Of a stretch of 64,000 nt of DNA, positions 10,526-25,153 are shown one piece after another (the stretch's first letter is position 1; the number at the start of each line of letters is the position of its first letter). Position numbers and translations under genes: made by a program. The stretch is from the NCBI GenBank assembly GCA_963849325.1, contig CAWKHF010000005.1, positions 832,001 to 896,000 of the forward strand. The letters are read 5' to 3'. The notes under the pieces are model-generated. The model ran no database searches, was not told the DNA's origin, and worked only from the letters and a program-made list of their open reading frames with translations. This DNA is from an uncultured Planctomycetota bacterium. GTDB lineage: Bacteria; Planctomycetota; Planctomycetia; Gemmatales; Gemmataceae.

Positions 10526-11394
10526 CTACCTCGGCAACAGATCATGCTTCCTCGCCTTCTCGACGAGATAGTTGACGAACCCCGAGCAGGACACCAGCAT
10601 GAACATGGCGTCCTCGGCCTCTGGCTCCTCATCGTCCTTGAGGGCGTGACGGATGCCGTGCGTATCGCTCGTGTAGCCGTACAACGCCTTGAACGCCTCT
10701 TGCAGCTTCGGATGGAGGTTCGTCCGTGCCTTCACCGCGTCAAGGGCCGGTCCCAGAGTTGCCCTTTCGTTCTGAGCGATGATCTTGCAAATGGCCTCAA
10801 CCGCCGAGATCGACTCTTTCATGGAGTTTCGGTAATCTGGCTTCTTCCTGTCGGCGAGCAGCTTGAGCGCTGTGCCGATGTGTTGGCTCACGGGCGCATC
10901 AGGCTCGTGTCCAGAGAAGCTGCCTTCTCGATGGCCTTGATCTCAGCCTCGCTGGTGATCGGAGTGAGCGTGCCGTTGACGAAGCGGTACGCCGAAAACT
11001 CCCGTTCCAGAACACGGTTGCAGGCGCTTTGGAACGTCACAGCCCACGCTCGGAGATCATCCCCGAGTTCTGCAACGAACTGCACGAAGTCGTAGATCCT
11101 GTTCCAAGGAACCTTCTCATTGAAATACCACTCCCTCACGGTCCTGAAGGCAAAACTCGGATCGTCGTAAAGCGAATCCAGCGGCCATTTGAAGAAGTGA
11201 ACCCACAAATTGACAAGTAGCGTCCCTGAGTGCCCGTCTCGACTCCGGGGTGATAGCCCCCATCCTCGTTTGATCGGCGATAAGATCAGTAGCTCGAAGA
11301 CGTTCCAGAGGCTATTTCGCAAATCCCAGTCCATCGAGTTCTTCTGCAACGCTTTCGTGGCCGGTTCCAGACCGATCCGCTGCGAGAAGTTCAT
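10526..11394 (-). CDS. AbiJ-N4-like abortive-infection protein with a C-terminal HEPN-like domain (frameshift ~10890)
   Basis: N-terminus FSQRIG...SMDWDLRNSLWN; C-terminus DYRNSMKESISAVEA...LYGYTSD..GIRHA...AMFMLVSCSGFVNYL. Confidence 0.75.
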
Positions 11395-11555
11395 ACGGCA
11401 TCTCCGTTGAACATAGGAACACTATCGCCATTATCCTTTCGGACACGGCAGGTGCAAGGTCGGTTCACGAACTTCTGTGGCTTCGATTCGTTTGTGGGAT
11501 CAGGATTTACGGCTTGGGAGACGAAAGCGGCTGGCTGGTGGTTGCCAGCGTCTGT

Positions 11556-11909
11556 TCAGCGCTGATTCGGATCGTTGATCGACTGCTGGAGTTGCTTCTT
11601 CAACCCTGCCACGGTGAAGTTCAAGTACGTCCCTTGCGTCTGCTCGGGATCAACGACGATCTCCGTAACGGATGGCGGGAGGGCCTTGAGGTAGAGATAA
11701 AGCTCGTGGTCCCAGTTGAACTTGATACACGGTCCTGCGAACTTCTGGGTAGCCACTTGTGCCGCCCTGAACTTATTCACCTTGTCTTCGCTCGTGAAAA
11801 GGGGCATCGCCACTGCCCCGGTGTTCAGATTCAAGACGACTCCGCCGTTGCAGGCGTTGTTCATGAGGGCGTAGCATGGGAACGGGATGGCCTGCTGAGG
11901 CGCGGACAT
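11556..11909 (-). CDS. Hypothetical protein
   Basis: 117 aa ORF with an AGGAG RBS upstream; no recognised family. Confidence 0.55.
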   Translation of the reverse strand: MSAPQQAIPFPCYALMNNACNGGVVLNLNTGAVAMPLFTSEDKVNKFRAAQVATQKFAGPCIKFNWDHELYLYLKALPPSVTEIVVDPEQTQGTYLNFTVAGLKKQLQQSINDPNQR

Positions 11910-12003
11910 CGAGGACTCCTTTGCGGCTCGAACAAAAGTAGTTTCGGATCAACAACGGATTTTACCACAAGCTCGGCTTCGGCCCAAGCGCGGTAGCGCA
12001 ACG

Positions 12004-12038
12004 AAAAGGCCCGCCGAGGTCGAAGGCTCGGCGGGCCT
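12004..12038 (-). terminator. Rho-independent terminator
   Basis: 12-bp stem AGGCCCGCCGAG/CTCGGCGGGCCT with a short T-run on the minus strand, just after ORF 12062-12346. Confidence 0.65.
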
Positions 12039-12061
12039 CTAGCTTTCAGATTGTAGGTCTG

Positions 12062-12346
12062 TCAGGAGACCAGAGCGAGCCGCTTCCGTCGCCGTGTCTC
12101 GGCGGCTCGTTTGGCCCTGTCCCTGCGTGCCTTCGCCTCCTGATGACGGATGTAGTGCTCGCAGATCCCGATCAGGTTCCGTACCGCGTGCAGATTCTCG
12201 AACTCGATCTCCACATGGTTGCCGTCGAGGTCGGAGATCTCGACGGAACGGGCCTGCCACTTATCAGCCAACTCGCCGCCGTAGTCGGCGGTACGCAATA
12301 CCATCTTCTGCCGTCTGGGCTTGCGGATCTTGAGAATCTTCGTCAT
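12062..12346 (-). CDS. Small basic hypothetical protein (mobile-element type)
   Basis: 94 aa, AAAGGA RBS, followed by a terminator. Confidence 0.55.
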   Translation of the reverse strand: MTKILKIRKPRRQKMVLRTADYGGELADKWQARSVEISDLDGNHVEIEFENLHAVRNLIGICEHYIRHQEAKARRDRAKRAAETRRRKRLALVS

Positions 12347-12484
12347 GGGTTCGGTCCTTTATGTTGTCGGCAGGGGCGTCTGCCGTCTGTAGAGGTTCAG
12401 CGGGCGACATTGCATTTCACGGCTGAGGTCAAGCCCGACGCAAAGCCATCGTCCCTTCCTGCAACCGTTGTCGCGCCACAGGGG

Positions 12485-12614
12485 CTCACTTCGGCGACCG
12501 CTCCACGCCCAGTCACTTCGCCCCTCCCAAAGCACAGGCCATCGGGATACTGTTCAAGCCGAGGAACGGATCGACGACCGTAGGATCGGCCAGCGTAGAT
12601 GCCTTGACCAGCTT
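12485..12614 (-). pseudogene. Decayed DNA methyltransferase C-terminal remnant
   Basis: Manual translation gives KLVKASTLADPTVVDPFLGLNSIPMACAL, then frameshifted LGVERSPK. This resembles the motif I (VLDPFxG) region of N6/N4 MTases. Confidence 0.45.
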
Positions 12615-12630
12615 GCTTCCTCTCCGACGC

Positions 12631-12927
12631 TCACATGTCGCTGATGAAAACCTCGCAGCCCATCAGTCGCTCGATTTTGGTAAAGAGCGCATAGAGAAAT
12701 GAGCAGGCGTTCGTCGTGCCGTCCGCGCAGACCCGGAGGACATCCAGCGGCAGGCCATCGTCGAGGCGGCAGGCGACGGGCCGACCGGCGACGGCGACCC
12801 CGACCAACTTGCCCTCGTCGTCGGCAGCGTCCACGGCGAACTTGCCGCCGACCGTGGGCAGCGAGTGCCGGTGGTGTTGGGCCACGAAGTCGTTGGCGTC
12901 TCGGAGATGACGCGGGACTGCACGCAC
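12631..12927 (-). pseudogene. XF1762-family protein remnant
   Basis: LRDANDFVAQHHRH...GGKFAV...LVGVAVAGRPVA.RLDDG...RVCADGT.NACSFLY, truncated before the usual C-terminus. Confidence 0.6.
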
Positions 12928-13142
12928 ACCGTATGTAGACAGCCGCGTGTGCTATTTAGTGACCGTTTCAACCAGCCAAGTGTCCAATCCGAAAACCTGA
13001 CACAATTCTGACACGACATGGGCCACCCAAATGCCCTGCTGTTGCCCTCTTGTTCCGGCGAGTTCTCGCCACAAAAGGTTAGTGGTTTAACGCTTACAGC
13101 ACAAATGCCCTCCAGTCGCCCGCTGGCCTTGAGAGGTTGGGG

Positions 13143-13167
13143 TTAGGTTCGAATCCTAAATCCCCAG
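13143..13167 (+). mobile_element. att site: displaced 3' end of a tRNA (probably tRNA-Gln) marking the right boundary of an integrated island
   Basis: Perfect T-arm TTAGG-TTCGAAT-CCTAA followed by acceptor 3' strand ATCCCCA and discriminator G. No matching 5' half lies upstream. Confidence 0.7.
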
Positions 13168-13173
13168 ATAACG

Positions 13174-13215
13174 AGACCCCTCGCCAGATAAGCATGTGCG
13201 AGGGGTCTTCTATTT
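13174..13215 (+). terminator. Terminator-like hairpin after the tRNA fragment
   Basis: 11-bp stem AGACCCCTCGC/GCGAGGGGTCT followed by TCTATTT. Confidence 0.55.
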
Positions 13216-13369
13216 GCCTATCCGTTGATGCGAGCAAAATCCACACTCTCCCACACTTGCGGAGAGGAGAGCGTCCGCGAAGTTTCGCATCGATTCCAAG
13301 CCGCCGAGGCGGTCGGCTCATAAGAAATCTCCCGGACTTCCTCTTCGGGGCACGGGAGCTTTCCGGCTC

Positions 13370-15316
13370 ATGAGCGAGCGCGCGCAGACCGGTCCTTTGA
13401 ATCCTCTGCACTGGTTCCCCGAGTTCTGGCAACTCGGCCGGCGCCGAACTGCGTCCACAGGCGCGTTTGCTGGGACTCTCTCTATGCGTGGGCGTCATCG
13501 CGGGATTGGGCGCCGTGGTGTTCTACCTGGCCACGCGGCTGGTCTTCCATTACGCCCTCGACGTCCTGGTCGGCTACCACGCCGGTGGTCCCGCCAACGA
13601 ACCGCCGCTGTTCCCGGAAACCACCGAGCCTTTGCGCTGGTGGCTGCTGCTGATCGTGCCGGCGATGGGCGGCCTGGTCAGCGGGTTTCTCGTCTACACG
13701 TTCGCTCCGGAGGCAGAGGGGCACGGCACGGATTCGGCCATCGCGGCGTATCACTTCAAGGGCGGACAGATTCGGCCGCGCGTACCGCTGGTGAAGATCC
13801 TCGCCAGTGCGGTGACGCTGGGCACGGGCGGCTCCGGCGGCCGCGAAGGACCGATTGCGCAGATCGGCGCCGGCTTCGGTTCGTGGCTGGGCGGACTGCT
13901 GCGCTTGCGGCCGGCCGAGCGACGCTTGCTCATGGCCGCCGGCATGGGCGCCGGCATCGCCGCCATCTTCCGCGCCCCGCTGGCCGGCGCCCTCTTCGCC
14001 GCCGAGGTGCTGTACCGCTCGCCCGACTTCGAGTCGGAAGTCGTCATCCCCGCGGCGCTGGCCTGCATCACCGCCTACTGCACGTTCGGCCTGATCTTCG
14101 GCCACTGGACCGCGCCTGGGCTGGAGTTCGCTCTTCGACCTGCCCCCCGCTCTGGCAGGCTCGATCACTTTCACCAATCCGCTCCACTTGCTCCCCTACC
14201 TGGTGCTGGCCCTGTTCATGGTCGTGCTGGCCATGCTGTACACGCGCAGCTTCTACGGCCTGACGGAGTTGTTCCGGCGCATCCCCATCCGCCCGCACTT
14301 CAAGCCAGCTATCGGCGCGTTTCTGTCCGCGGTCGTGGCCCTGGTCCTCTATTTCGTCCTGGGAAAAGTGCGGGTCTTCAGCGGTGCTGTCCTTCGGCTA
14401 CGGCATCCTGCAAGACAGCTCTGACACGCTGCCCGGCGGAGTCCGAGGACCTGTCGTCTGGCCGTGCTGTTGTTGGCCGTGGCGGTGGGCAAGATCGTGA
14501 CGACGGGGTTGACGATCGGCAGCGGCGGCTCCGGCGGCGTGTTCGGTCCCTCGATGGTGATTGGCGGCTGCGGCGGCGGCGCGCTGGGCATCCTTCTCAA
14601 CCGCGTCTTCCCACCCGGCCTACATGCCGCCGCCGACCAGCTTCATCATCGTCGGCATGGCTGGCTTCTTCGCCGCCGCCGCCAAGACGCCGCTCTCCAC
14701 CCTCGTCATGGTCAGCGAGTTGACCGGCAATTATAATCTGCTATTGCCGAGTTTGTGGGTCTGCACTATCGCCTTTTTGTTGTCCGACGAGCAATCCATC
14801 TACAGCTCGCAGGTGCAGAGCCGTTCGCGCTCGCCGGCCCACCAGGGCGCCTATGTCCGCGAAGTGTTGACCGGCCTGTACGTTCGCTCTTTCATCACGC
14901 CCTTGCGCGACGTACCGTTTCTCCATCCCGGCGATCGCGTCGCCGAGGTGATCGAGCGGTTGAGCAGTAGCCCGTTCCAGGCGGTGCCGGTGATCGATTC
15001 GGACGAACACCTTCTCGGCGTCGCCACCGTGGAGGAGGTGCTTCTGGCATCGCAGTCGCCGCACCTGCGCTCGCTGCTGGTGGCGATGGACCTGATGCGC
15101 GAGGTCATGCCCTTGTGCCCCGACGATCCGCTCGATCAAGCGATGGAGCTGTTCGTCGAAAGCGACCTGCTGGCCCTGCCGGTGGTCGATGGCCTGGGCA
15201 GCAAGCGCGTCCTGGGCATCGTCAAGCGGGCCGACCTGTCCGGGACGTACCTGCGGCAGCTCCAGGGCACGCAGCCGCCCACCATGCCGCCGATGACCGA
15301 CGCCGTGCCGCGGTAG
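13370..15316 (+). CDS. ClC chloride channel/antiporter with C-terminal CBS pair (several apparent frameshifts)
   Basis: GHGTD, GGSGGREGP, FRAPLAGALFAAE, GSGGSGGVFGPS, AKTPLSTLVMVSE and CBS domains across ORFs 13467, 14188, 14464 and 14561. Confidence 0.9.
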
Positions 15317-15341
15317 CGGCCGCGGGGGAAATGCACTTTGA

Positions 15342-15425
15342 ACCACGGATAACACGGATAAAACGGATAAAGAAAATACAGAACGCTTCTTTGGTTTTAT
15401 CCGTTTTATCCGTGTTATCCGTGGT
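15342..15425. repeat. Palindromic repeat built from 9-nt units (ACGGATAA-type)
   Basis: ACCACGGATAACACGGATAAAACGGATAAA ... TTTATCCGTTTTATCCGTGTTATCCGTGGT between convergent genes. Confidence 0.85.
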
Positions 15426-15449
15426 CAAAATGGCATTGGGTTCGTGCCT

Positions 15450-16284
15450 CTAAGGGAACTGGAGGGGACTGGTGTTCTGCCAGTTCCAGATGGACGAGTT
15501 GGCCGTCAGCCACGGGTTAGCGATCGATTGCACGTGACCGTCCGCAAACAGCACCCCGTTGACGCCCGCATGCGGCGAACTGAAGAATTGGTCCATCTGA
15601 CCTGGCGGAACTTGACTGTCCTGCACGCTCTGGGCGGAAGTCGGTTGAGCGCAATCGTACCAAGACGTGGGGCCGATGGGATAGTCCTGAGGATTGCAGC
15701 CAAGGTGAGCCACCATTGCCGTGTTGGAGGCACCGTTGGCGTTGGTAATGGCCCCCAAGGAAACCCCCACAGGCGCACCCGTAGAGGACGGCGTTACTTT
15801 GCTGCATGTAGTTGTAATCGGTCAACCCATTGCCGCGAATGCCGCGACTGGGGCAGAGGAAGAATTTGAGCAGGATGTTGCCGTTATTGACAGGGACGAG
15901 TGAGCCTGTACCGCCGGCGCCACCCGTTGGGTCGCTCCCACCACCTCCTTGCCCGTTAACCACTGCCTGCACCGCGTTCTGTTGTTCCCAGAAGGGGAGC
16001 GATTGAAGCATCCAGCAGGTATTTGGATATGGATACGGAGGAGCGGTCGCGGCATTGTCGCTCGGAAAGAACCCGAAAACGCCGTGGAAGTTCTGACAGG
16101 CGACCCCCATCTGTTTGAGGTTGTTCTGGCAACTTATACGGCTGGCTGCCTCCCGCACTTTTTGGACAGCGGGAAGCAGCAGACCAATCAGGGTGGCGAT
16201 AATGGCGATCACCACCAGCAGTTCGATCAGCGTGAAGGCGACGCGGGGGCGTTGCTCCGCCGCGCAAGAGACGCATCGAACCAT
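15450..16284 (-). CDS. DUF1559 family prepilin-type protein (frameshift ~15775)
   Basis: [39 protein letters not shown] and [18 protein letters not shown]. Confidence 0.92.
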
Positions 16285-16361
16285 GATTCCGTCCTCCTTT
16301 GCCGGCTCGACCGCGGGGCGGCTGGCTATTCCCCGCTTTTCACCGCACCAAAAAGCTTATC

Positions 16362-16400
16362 GTAGTTTAGACTAATCGATTAATTAGCCTAAACTAATTA
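16362..16400. promoter_or_regulatory. AT-rich palindromic operator candidate (TTAG-N6-CTAA type)
   Basis: AATTAG-CCTAAA-CTAATT at 16382-16399 plus a second degenerate copy GTAGTTTAGACTAA, between the divergent DUF1559 and holA genes. Confidence 0.45.
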
Positions 16401-16516
16401 GCTATTTAGTCATCACGAATGGTTTGGCAAGGGAGGAGCGACTTTTTTCACGAAGATGAAGCAGCCGGTTACTGGACTTTCTCTTTGGAAAGCAACGGTG
16501 TCGCTACAATGCCTTC

Positions 16517-17515
16517 ATGGATAGTCTGACGTTTCTCCACGGCGCGGCGAAAGCGAAGCCCAGGCCGATTTACGTCCTCCACGGCGACGAGCACTTCCTC
16601 AAGCGCCGCGTGCTGGCGGCGTTGAAAACGCTGGTGCTCGGTCCCGAGGACGGCGGCTTCGCCCTGTCCAGCCGCGATGGCGACAAGGCCATCTGGGCTG
16701 AGGTCCACGACGAGCTGGAGACGTTGCCGTTCCTCAGTCCGCGCCGCCTCGTCGTCGTCGATCGCGCCGAGCCGTTCGTCACGCGCGAACGCGCCCGGCT
16801 GGAGAAGTACTTCGCGGAGCCGTCGAAGACCGGCGTGCTGGTGCTCGACGTGCAGTCCTGGCCGGCCAACACGCGGCTGGCCAAACTGCTGCCGGACACC
16901 GCCGCCATCGTCTGCAAGGCGCCGGCGTCGGCGAAGCTGCCGGAGTGGTGCGTCGCCTGGTGCGCCGACCGGCACGGCAAACCGCTGTCGGTGCCCGCCG
17001 CCCGTCTGCTGGTCGATCTGGTCGGCTCGGACATGGGGCTGCTCGATCAGGAGATGGCCAAGCTGGCGATCTTCGTCGGCGGCAACAGCCGCATCGACAC
17101 CGCCGACGTCGATCAGCTCGTCGGCCAGAGTCGGGCGGAGAACACCTGGAAGATTTTCGACCTGATCGGCGCCGGTCAGAACGGCGAAGCGCTGACGCTG
17201 CTGGACCGCCTGCTCGACCAGGGCGAGGAGCCGCTGCGTTTGCTGGGCGCCTTCAGCATGCAGTTGCGCCGTTTGGCCCAGGCCGCTCGCCTGCACGGCC
17301 AGGGCGAATCGGTGCCCGAGGCGTTGGAGCACGCCGGCGTGCCGCCGTTCGGCCGCCGCGGCGCCGAGCAGCAACTGCGCCACCTCGGCCGACGCCGGCT
17401 CGATCAGGTGTACGACTGGCTGCTGGAGACCGACCTCGGCATGAAAGGCTCCAGCCAACTGCCGCCGCGCACCTTGCTGGAGCGCCTGGTCGTGCAACTG
17501 GCGCGCAAAAGATAA
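16517..17515 (+). CDS. holA: DNA polymerase III subunit delta
   Basis: PIYVLHGDEHFLK, TLPFLSPRRLVVV, LLDQEMAKL and C-terminal TDLGMKGS..P..LLERLV. Confidence 0.9.
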   Translation: MDSLTFLHGAAKAKPRPIYVLHGDEHFLKRRVLAALKTLVLGPEDGGFALSSRDGDKAIWAEVHDELETLPFLSPRRLVVVDRAEPFVTRERARLEKYFAEPSKTGVLVLDVQSWPANTRLAKLLPDTAAIVCKAPASAKLPEWCVAWCADRHGKPLSVPAARLLVDLVGSDMGLLDQEMAKLAIFVGGNSRIDTADVDQLVGQSRAENTWKIFDLIGAGQNGEALTLLDRLLDQGEEPLRLLGAFSMQLRRLAQAARLHGQGESVPEALEHAGVPPFGRRGAEQQLRHLGRRRLDQVYDWLLETDLGMKGSSQLPPRTLLERLVVQLARKR

Positions 17516-17524
17516 AAGGTGAAA

Positions 17525-18547
17525 ATGTCGTCCTCGCTACCCCGTTTGCTGATTACGCTGGGCGACGTTGCCGGCATTGGGCCGGAGATCGTCGCGCGGG
17601 CCTGGCCGGACCTGCTGCCGTTGTGTCGGCCGGTCCTCGTCGGCGATCCGCTGTGGGTGCGGCGCGGCCTGGAGCTGATCGGCTCGCCGGCCTGCGTCCA
17701 CGTCGTCTCTCATCCCGGCGAGGCCGAGGCCCGAGCCGACGTGATGCCGTGCCTGTGCGGCAGCGAGCAGGACCTGAGCAGCGTCGAGCCAGGCCGCGTC
17801 AGCGCGGCGGCCGGGCGAGCGGCCTACGATTTTCTGTGTCGGGCCATCGATGCGACGATGGCCGGCGAGGCCGACGGCATCGTGACGGCGCCGCTGCACA
17901 AGGAGGGACTGCACGCCGCCGGCCTGCCATACCCCGGCCATACCGAGATCCTGGCCGAACGCACCGGCGTCCGCGAGTTCGCCATGGTCCTGGCGGTGGG
18001 CAACCTCGCCGTGGCCCACGTCACCTTGCACATGGCCCTGCGCGACGTGTTCCGCCATCTGAGGCCGGAGTCCGTGCTGGAGAAGGCCCATCTCCTCGAT
18101 CGGTTGCTGAGGCGCATGCTGGGCCGTCGGCCGCGCCTGGGCGTGGCCGCCCTGAACCCGCACGCCAGCGACGGCGGCCTGTTCGGCGATGAGGAAGCCA
18201 CGATCATCGCTCCGGCCGTGCAGGCCGCCCGCGAGCAGGGATTGGACGCCAGCGGTCCCTGGCCGTGCGACACGCTGTTCGTGCGCGCCCGCCACGGCGA
18301 GTTCGACGGTATCGTGGCGATGTATCACGATCAGGGTCACATCGCGCTGAAGCTGCTCGGCGAAGGGCGGGCGGTCAACATCAGCGCCGGTCTGCCCATC
18401 GTGCGCACCAGCGTGGCCCACGGCACGGCCTATGACATCGCCGGTCGCGGCGTCGCCGACGCCGCCAGTCTCATCGAGGCGACGCGCGTCGCCGCCTTGC
18501 TGGCGCGATCCGAGCCGCGAGCGTCAGCGAGCGGACCCGCTCGCTGA
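17525..18547 (+). CDS. pdxA: 4-hydroxythreonine-4-phosphate dehydrogenase PdxA
   Basis: TLGDVAGIGPE, TAPLHKE, GHTE, LNPHA, AMYHDQGHI, RTSVAHGTA. Confidence 0.95.
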   Translation: MSSSLPRLLITLGDVAGIGPEIVARAWPDLLPLCRPVLVGDPLWVRRGLELIGSPACVHVVSHPGEAEARADVMPCLCGSEQDLSSVEPGRVSAAAGRAAYDFLCRAIDATMAGEADGIVTAPLHKEGLHAAGLPYPGHTEILAERTGVREFAMVLAVGNLAVAHVTLHMALRDVFRHLRPESVLEKAHLLDRLLRRMLGRRPRLGVAALNPHASDGGLFGDEEATIIAPAVQAAREQGLDASGPWPCDTLFVRARHGEFDGIVAMYHDQGHIALKLLGEGRAVNISAGLPIVRTSVAHGTAYDIAGRGVADAASLIEATRVAALLARSEPRASASGPAR

Positions 18548-18564
18548 CGCTCGCGGCTCGGATC
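18507..18564. repeat. REP-like palindrome
   Basis: GATCCGAGCCGCGAGCGTCAGCGAGCGG / CCGCTCGCTGACGCTCGCGGCTCGGATC. Confidence 0.85.
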
Positions 18565-18572
18565 GGCTCGGC

Positions 18573-20251
18573 TTATTTCCGCGGCTGCTTCGGCTCCGGC
18601 GGCGGCATGCGCACGGTCAGATCGTCCCCGCGCGGCTCATCGTCAAAGCTGCGCCCCTCTTCGTCGATTCCGTTGACGCCGACGCTGTACAGCAAATAGC
18701 CGTTCGGCTGCGGACGATAGGTGAGTGCCCTGCCGGCGAAGATGTCTGCAGGGACCTTGGGCAGATACTTCGGCGCCAGCGCCGCCAGCTTCTCCGGATA
18801 GCGGCCGTGGTCGCGGCGGTAGGCGGCCAGGGCGAAGGCGAGGTGCAGGTTGTCTTGCACCTGCCCGGCGCGGTCGGCTGCGTACTGCACCTTGCGAACC
18901 GCCGGGACCAGCAGGGAAATCATGAGGTTGCCGACGGTCTCGCCCAGGGCTTTGCCGGTGTCCTTCGCCAGCAGGATCTTCAGCGGGTTCTGCACCATCT
19001 CGGCGGTACTCTTCTTGAGCGCCTTCAATTCCTCGTCGATCTCCTCCAGTCGCTCCGCGCGTGTGGCCCGATCTGCGATACGCATGGCCTTGACCATGCG
19101 GTCGTAGCAGCGGTTGCCGTTGCGCAAGGCCGGGTCCCAGTCGATGGCCGACAGCAGAAGCTTGGAGAGCGCGTCCGGGATACGCGGCGACGTACCGAAA
19201 CCGAGACCTTCGAGATACTTGGTCCCTCCCCGATCAACCATCATAACGATGTCAAGAAACATGAAGCGCTCGCAGAGATCCACCTTGTCGGCCATGCGGG
19301 GCAAGGGCGGCAGCTTGCGGAGATCGTCCAGGCAAGCCATGATCCGCCGCGAGTCCAAGCCGGCGCTGTCGAGGAAGACCAGATCGGCCCGGCTGGCGAT
19401 GGCATCAATGGCGATGCCGACCAAGGCCTCGATGAGCGTGCCGCCGCGGCCAACGAGCCGGCCCAGCCGATGGCAGGCGATCAGGTCGCGCCAGGCGTCG
19501 TCGAAGCGTCCCTCGCCGATGCGCAGCATGCGCGCGCAGTCAGGGCCGTGGCCAGTTCGCGGCATTTCTGCACCGAGGGCAACAGGCAGCTAACCAACCC
19601 GGCCGAACCTTTGTCCGTTCTTGTCGGCACCAGCGGCAAATAATAGTGCGAGCGCTGGACCGCCTCGATGACGACCGTCAGCGGCTTGTCGTTGGCCTTC
19701 AGCCAGTCGGCGATGTGGGGATAGCGCACCGCTTTCCACGGCCGCCGTAGGCTGCGCTCCAATTCGTCGAACACGGTCTCGCCCCCAGCGGGCGGACCCG
19801 ACTTGATCTGTTCCTTCAGGTAGTCGCCCATGCGGAGGAAATAATCGCCGCGCGGCGGCGGTTCGTCGATGCCCAACCATTGATAAAACTCGGCGGACAT
19901 CCGCGCTCCCTCGGGGCGCGGCCCGAGGGCTTTCCAGAGGAGGACATTGGCGTTGTTGGCCGGCGTCACGCCCTGCCTCAGTCGTTCGTTGAGCGCGGCC
20001 GCGTAGTCGATGTAGCCGTCCGCGTCGCGGGGTCCGGGGACGTAGGTCGTCTCCTTGCCGATGGTGAACTTCGGCCGACGTTTTTTCGCGGCGGCACCGC
20101 CCATTTTGTCCTGGCCCTTGGCCGGCGCGGTTTTCGGGCCGGCGCTGTTGGACTGCGCGGCAGGGACGGCGTTGCGTCCGGCGGGCGGATCGCTCCAACC
20201 GACGGCAACAAGAGGTCCTAACAAGAGCAATAAAGTACCGATTGTTCTCAT
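18573..20251 (-). CDS. Exported planctomycete hypothetical protein (frameshift ~19545)
   Basis: Signal peptide MRTIGTLLLLLG; ETT....DADGYIDY..ALN; C-terminal ALAAY..DHGRYP..L..L.PKYL...P.D.F...YLLYSVG.NG.DE.G, a tail seen in PVC pseudopilin-like proteins. Confidence 0.75.
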
Positions 20252-20288
20252 GGACACATTTCCTGATGGACACAAGAAACGGATAACA

Positions 20289-20381
20289 GGCACGAACCAG
20301 AGGGCGAGCGGGGTCGCGTCGACGCCGAGTGCGGACTTCTCGGGGCACGGATGCGACCTTGCTCGCCCTCTGGTTCGTGCC
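20289..20381. repeat. REP-like long inverted repeat
   Basis: GGCACGAACCAGAGGGCGAGC ... GCTCGCCCTCTGGTTCGTGCC. Confidence 0.8.
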
Positions 20382-20451
20382 TCTTACACTTCCGCCCCGG
20401 ACAAACACGGTTTGTCCGCTCGTCCGAAATCGCCTTCGACGCGGGTGTCAG

Positions 20452-24807
<4,356 letters not shown>

Positions 24808-24916
24808 GCTGCGATTCCTCAGGGGGGGTAAGGTCCAGGCAGTCTTTGCCGGCGCGGCAACACCATCAGGACGAAGGAGCCGTAGGTACTTCTTTCCGTT
24901 CGCTGATGTGTTTTTG

Positions 24917-24945
24917 TTTGTAATGGACGGAAAGGGGTGTGTCAA
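24917..24945 (-). promoter_or_regulatory. Sigma70-type promoter of peptidase copy 1
   Basis: Minus strand TTGACA-17 nt-TACAAA; conserved in copy 2. Confidence 0.6.
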
Positions 24946-25043
24946 GCAAAAACGGCTTGAAAACCAATGGCTGAGCTGATGTCAAGCCATTGTCACTGGA
25001 GACTGGAACTCAGCAAGTCTCGACGATTCCCCATCGAGATCCC

Positions 25044-25103
25044 TCCGAGCCTGAAGCGTAAGCGAAAAGTAGGGTCTTCCTTCGCTTACGCTTCAGGCTC
25101 GGA
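25044..25103. repeat. REP-like palindrome, family A copy 1
   Basis: TCCGAGCCTGAAGCGTAAGCGAA / TTCGCTTACGCTTCAGGCTCGGA; identical arms at 35561 and 62142. Confidence 0.9.
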
Positions 25104-25153
25104 TAAACGCCGTTTGTCCGCTCGCTCGAAGTCGCCTTCGGCGTGGGCGCCGT

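Noticed and set aside
13095-13170. Complete tRNA gene
   Set aside because: Only the T-arm and 3' acceptor strand are present; there is no D-arm, anticodon arm or matching 5' strand.
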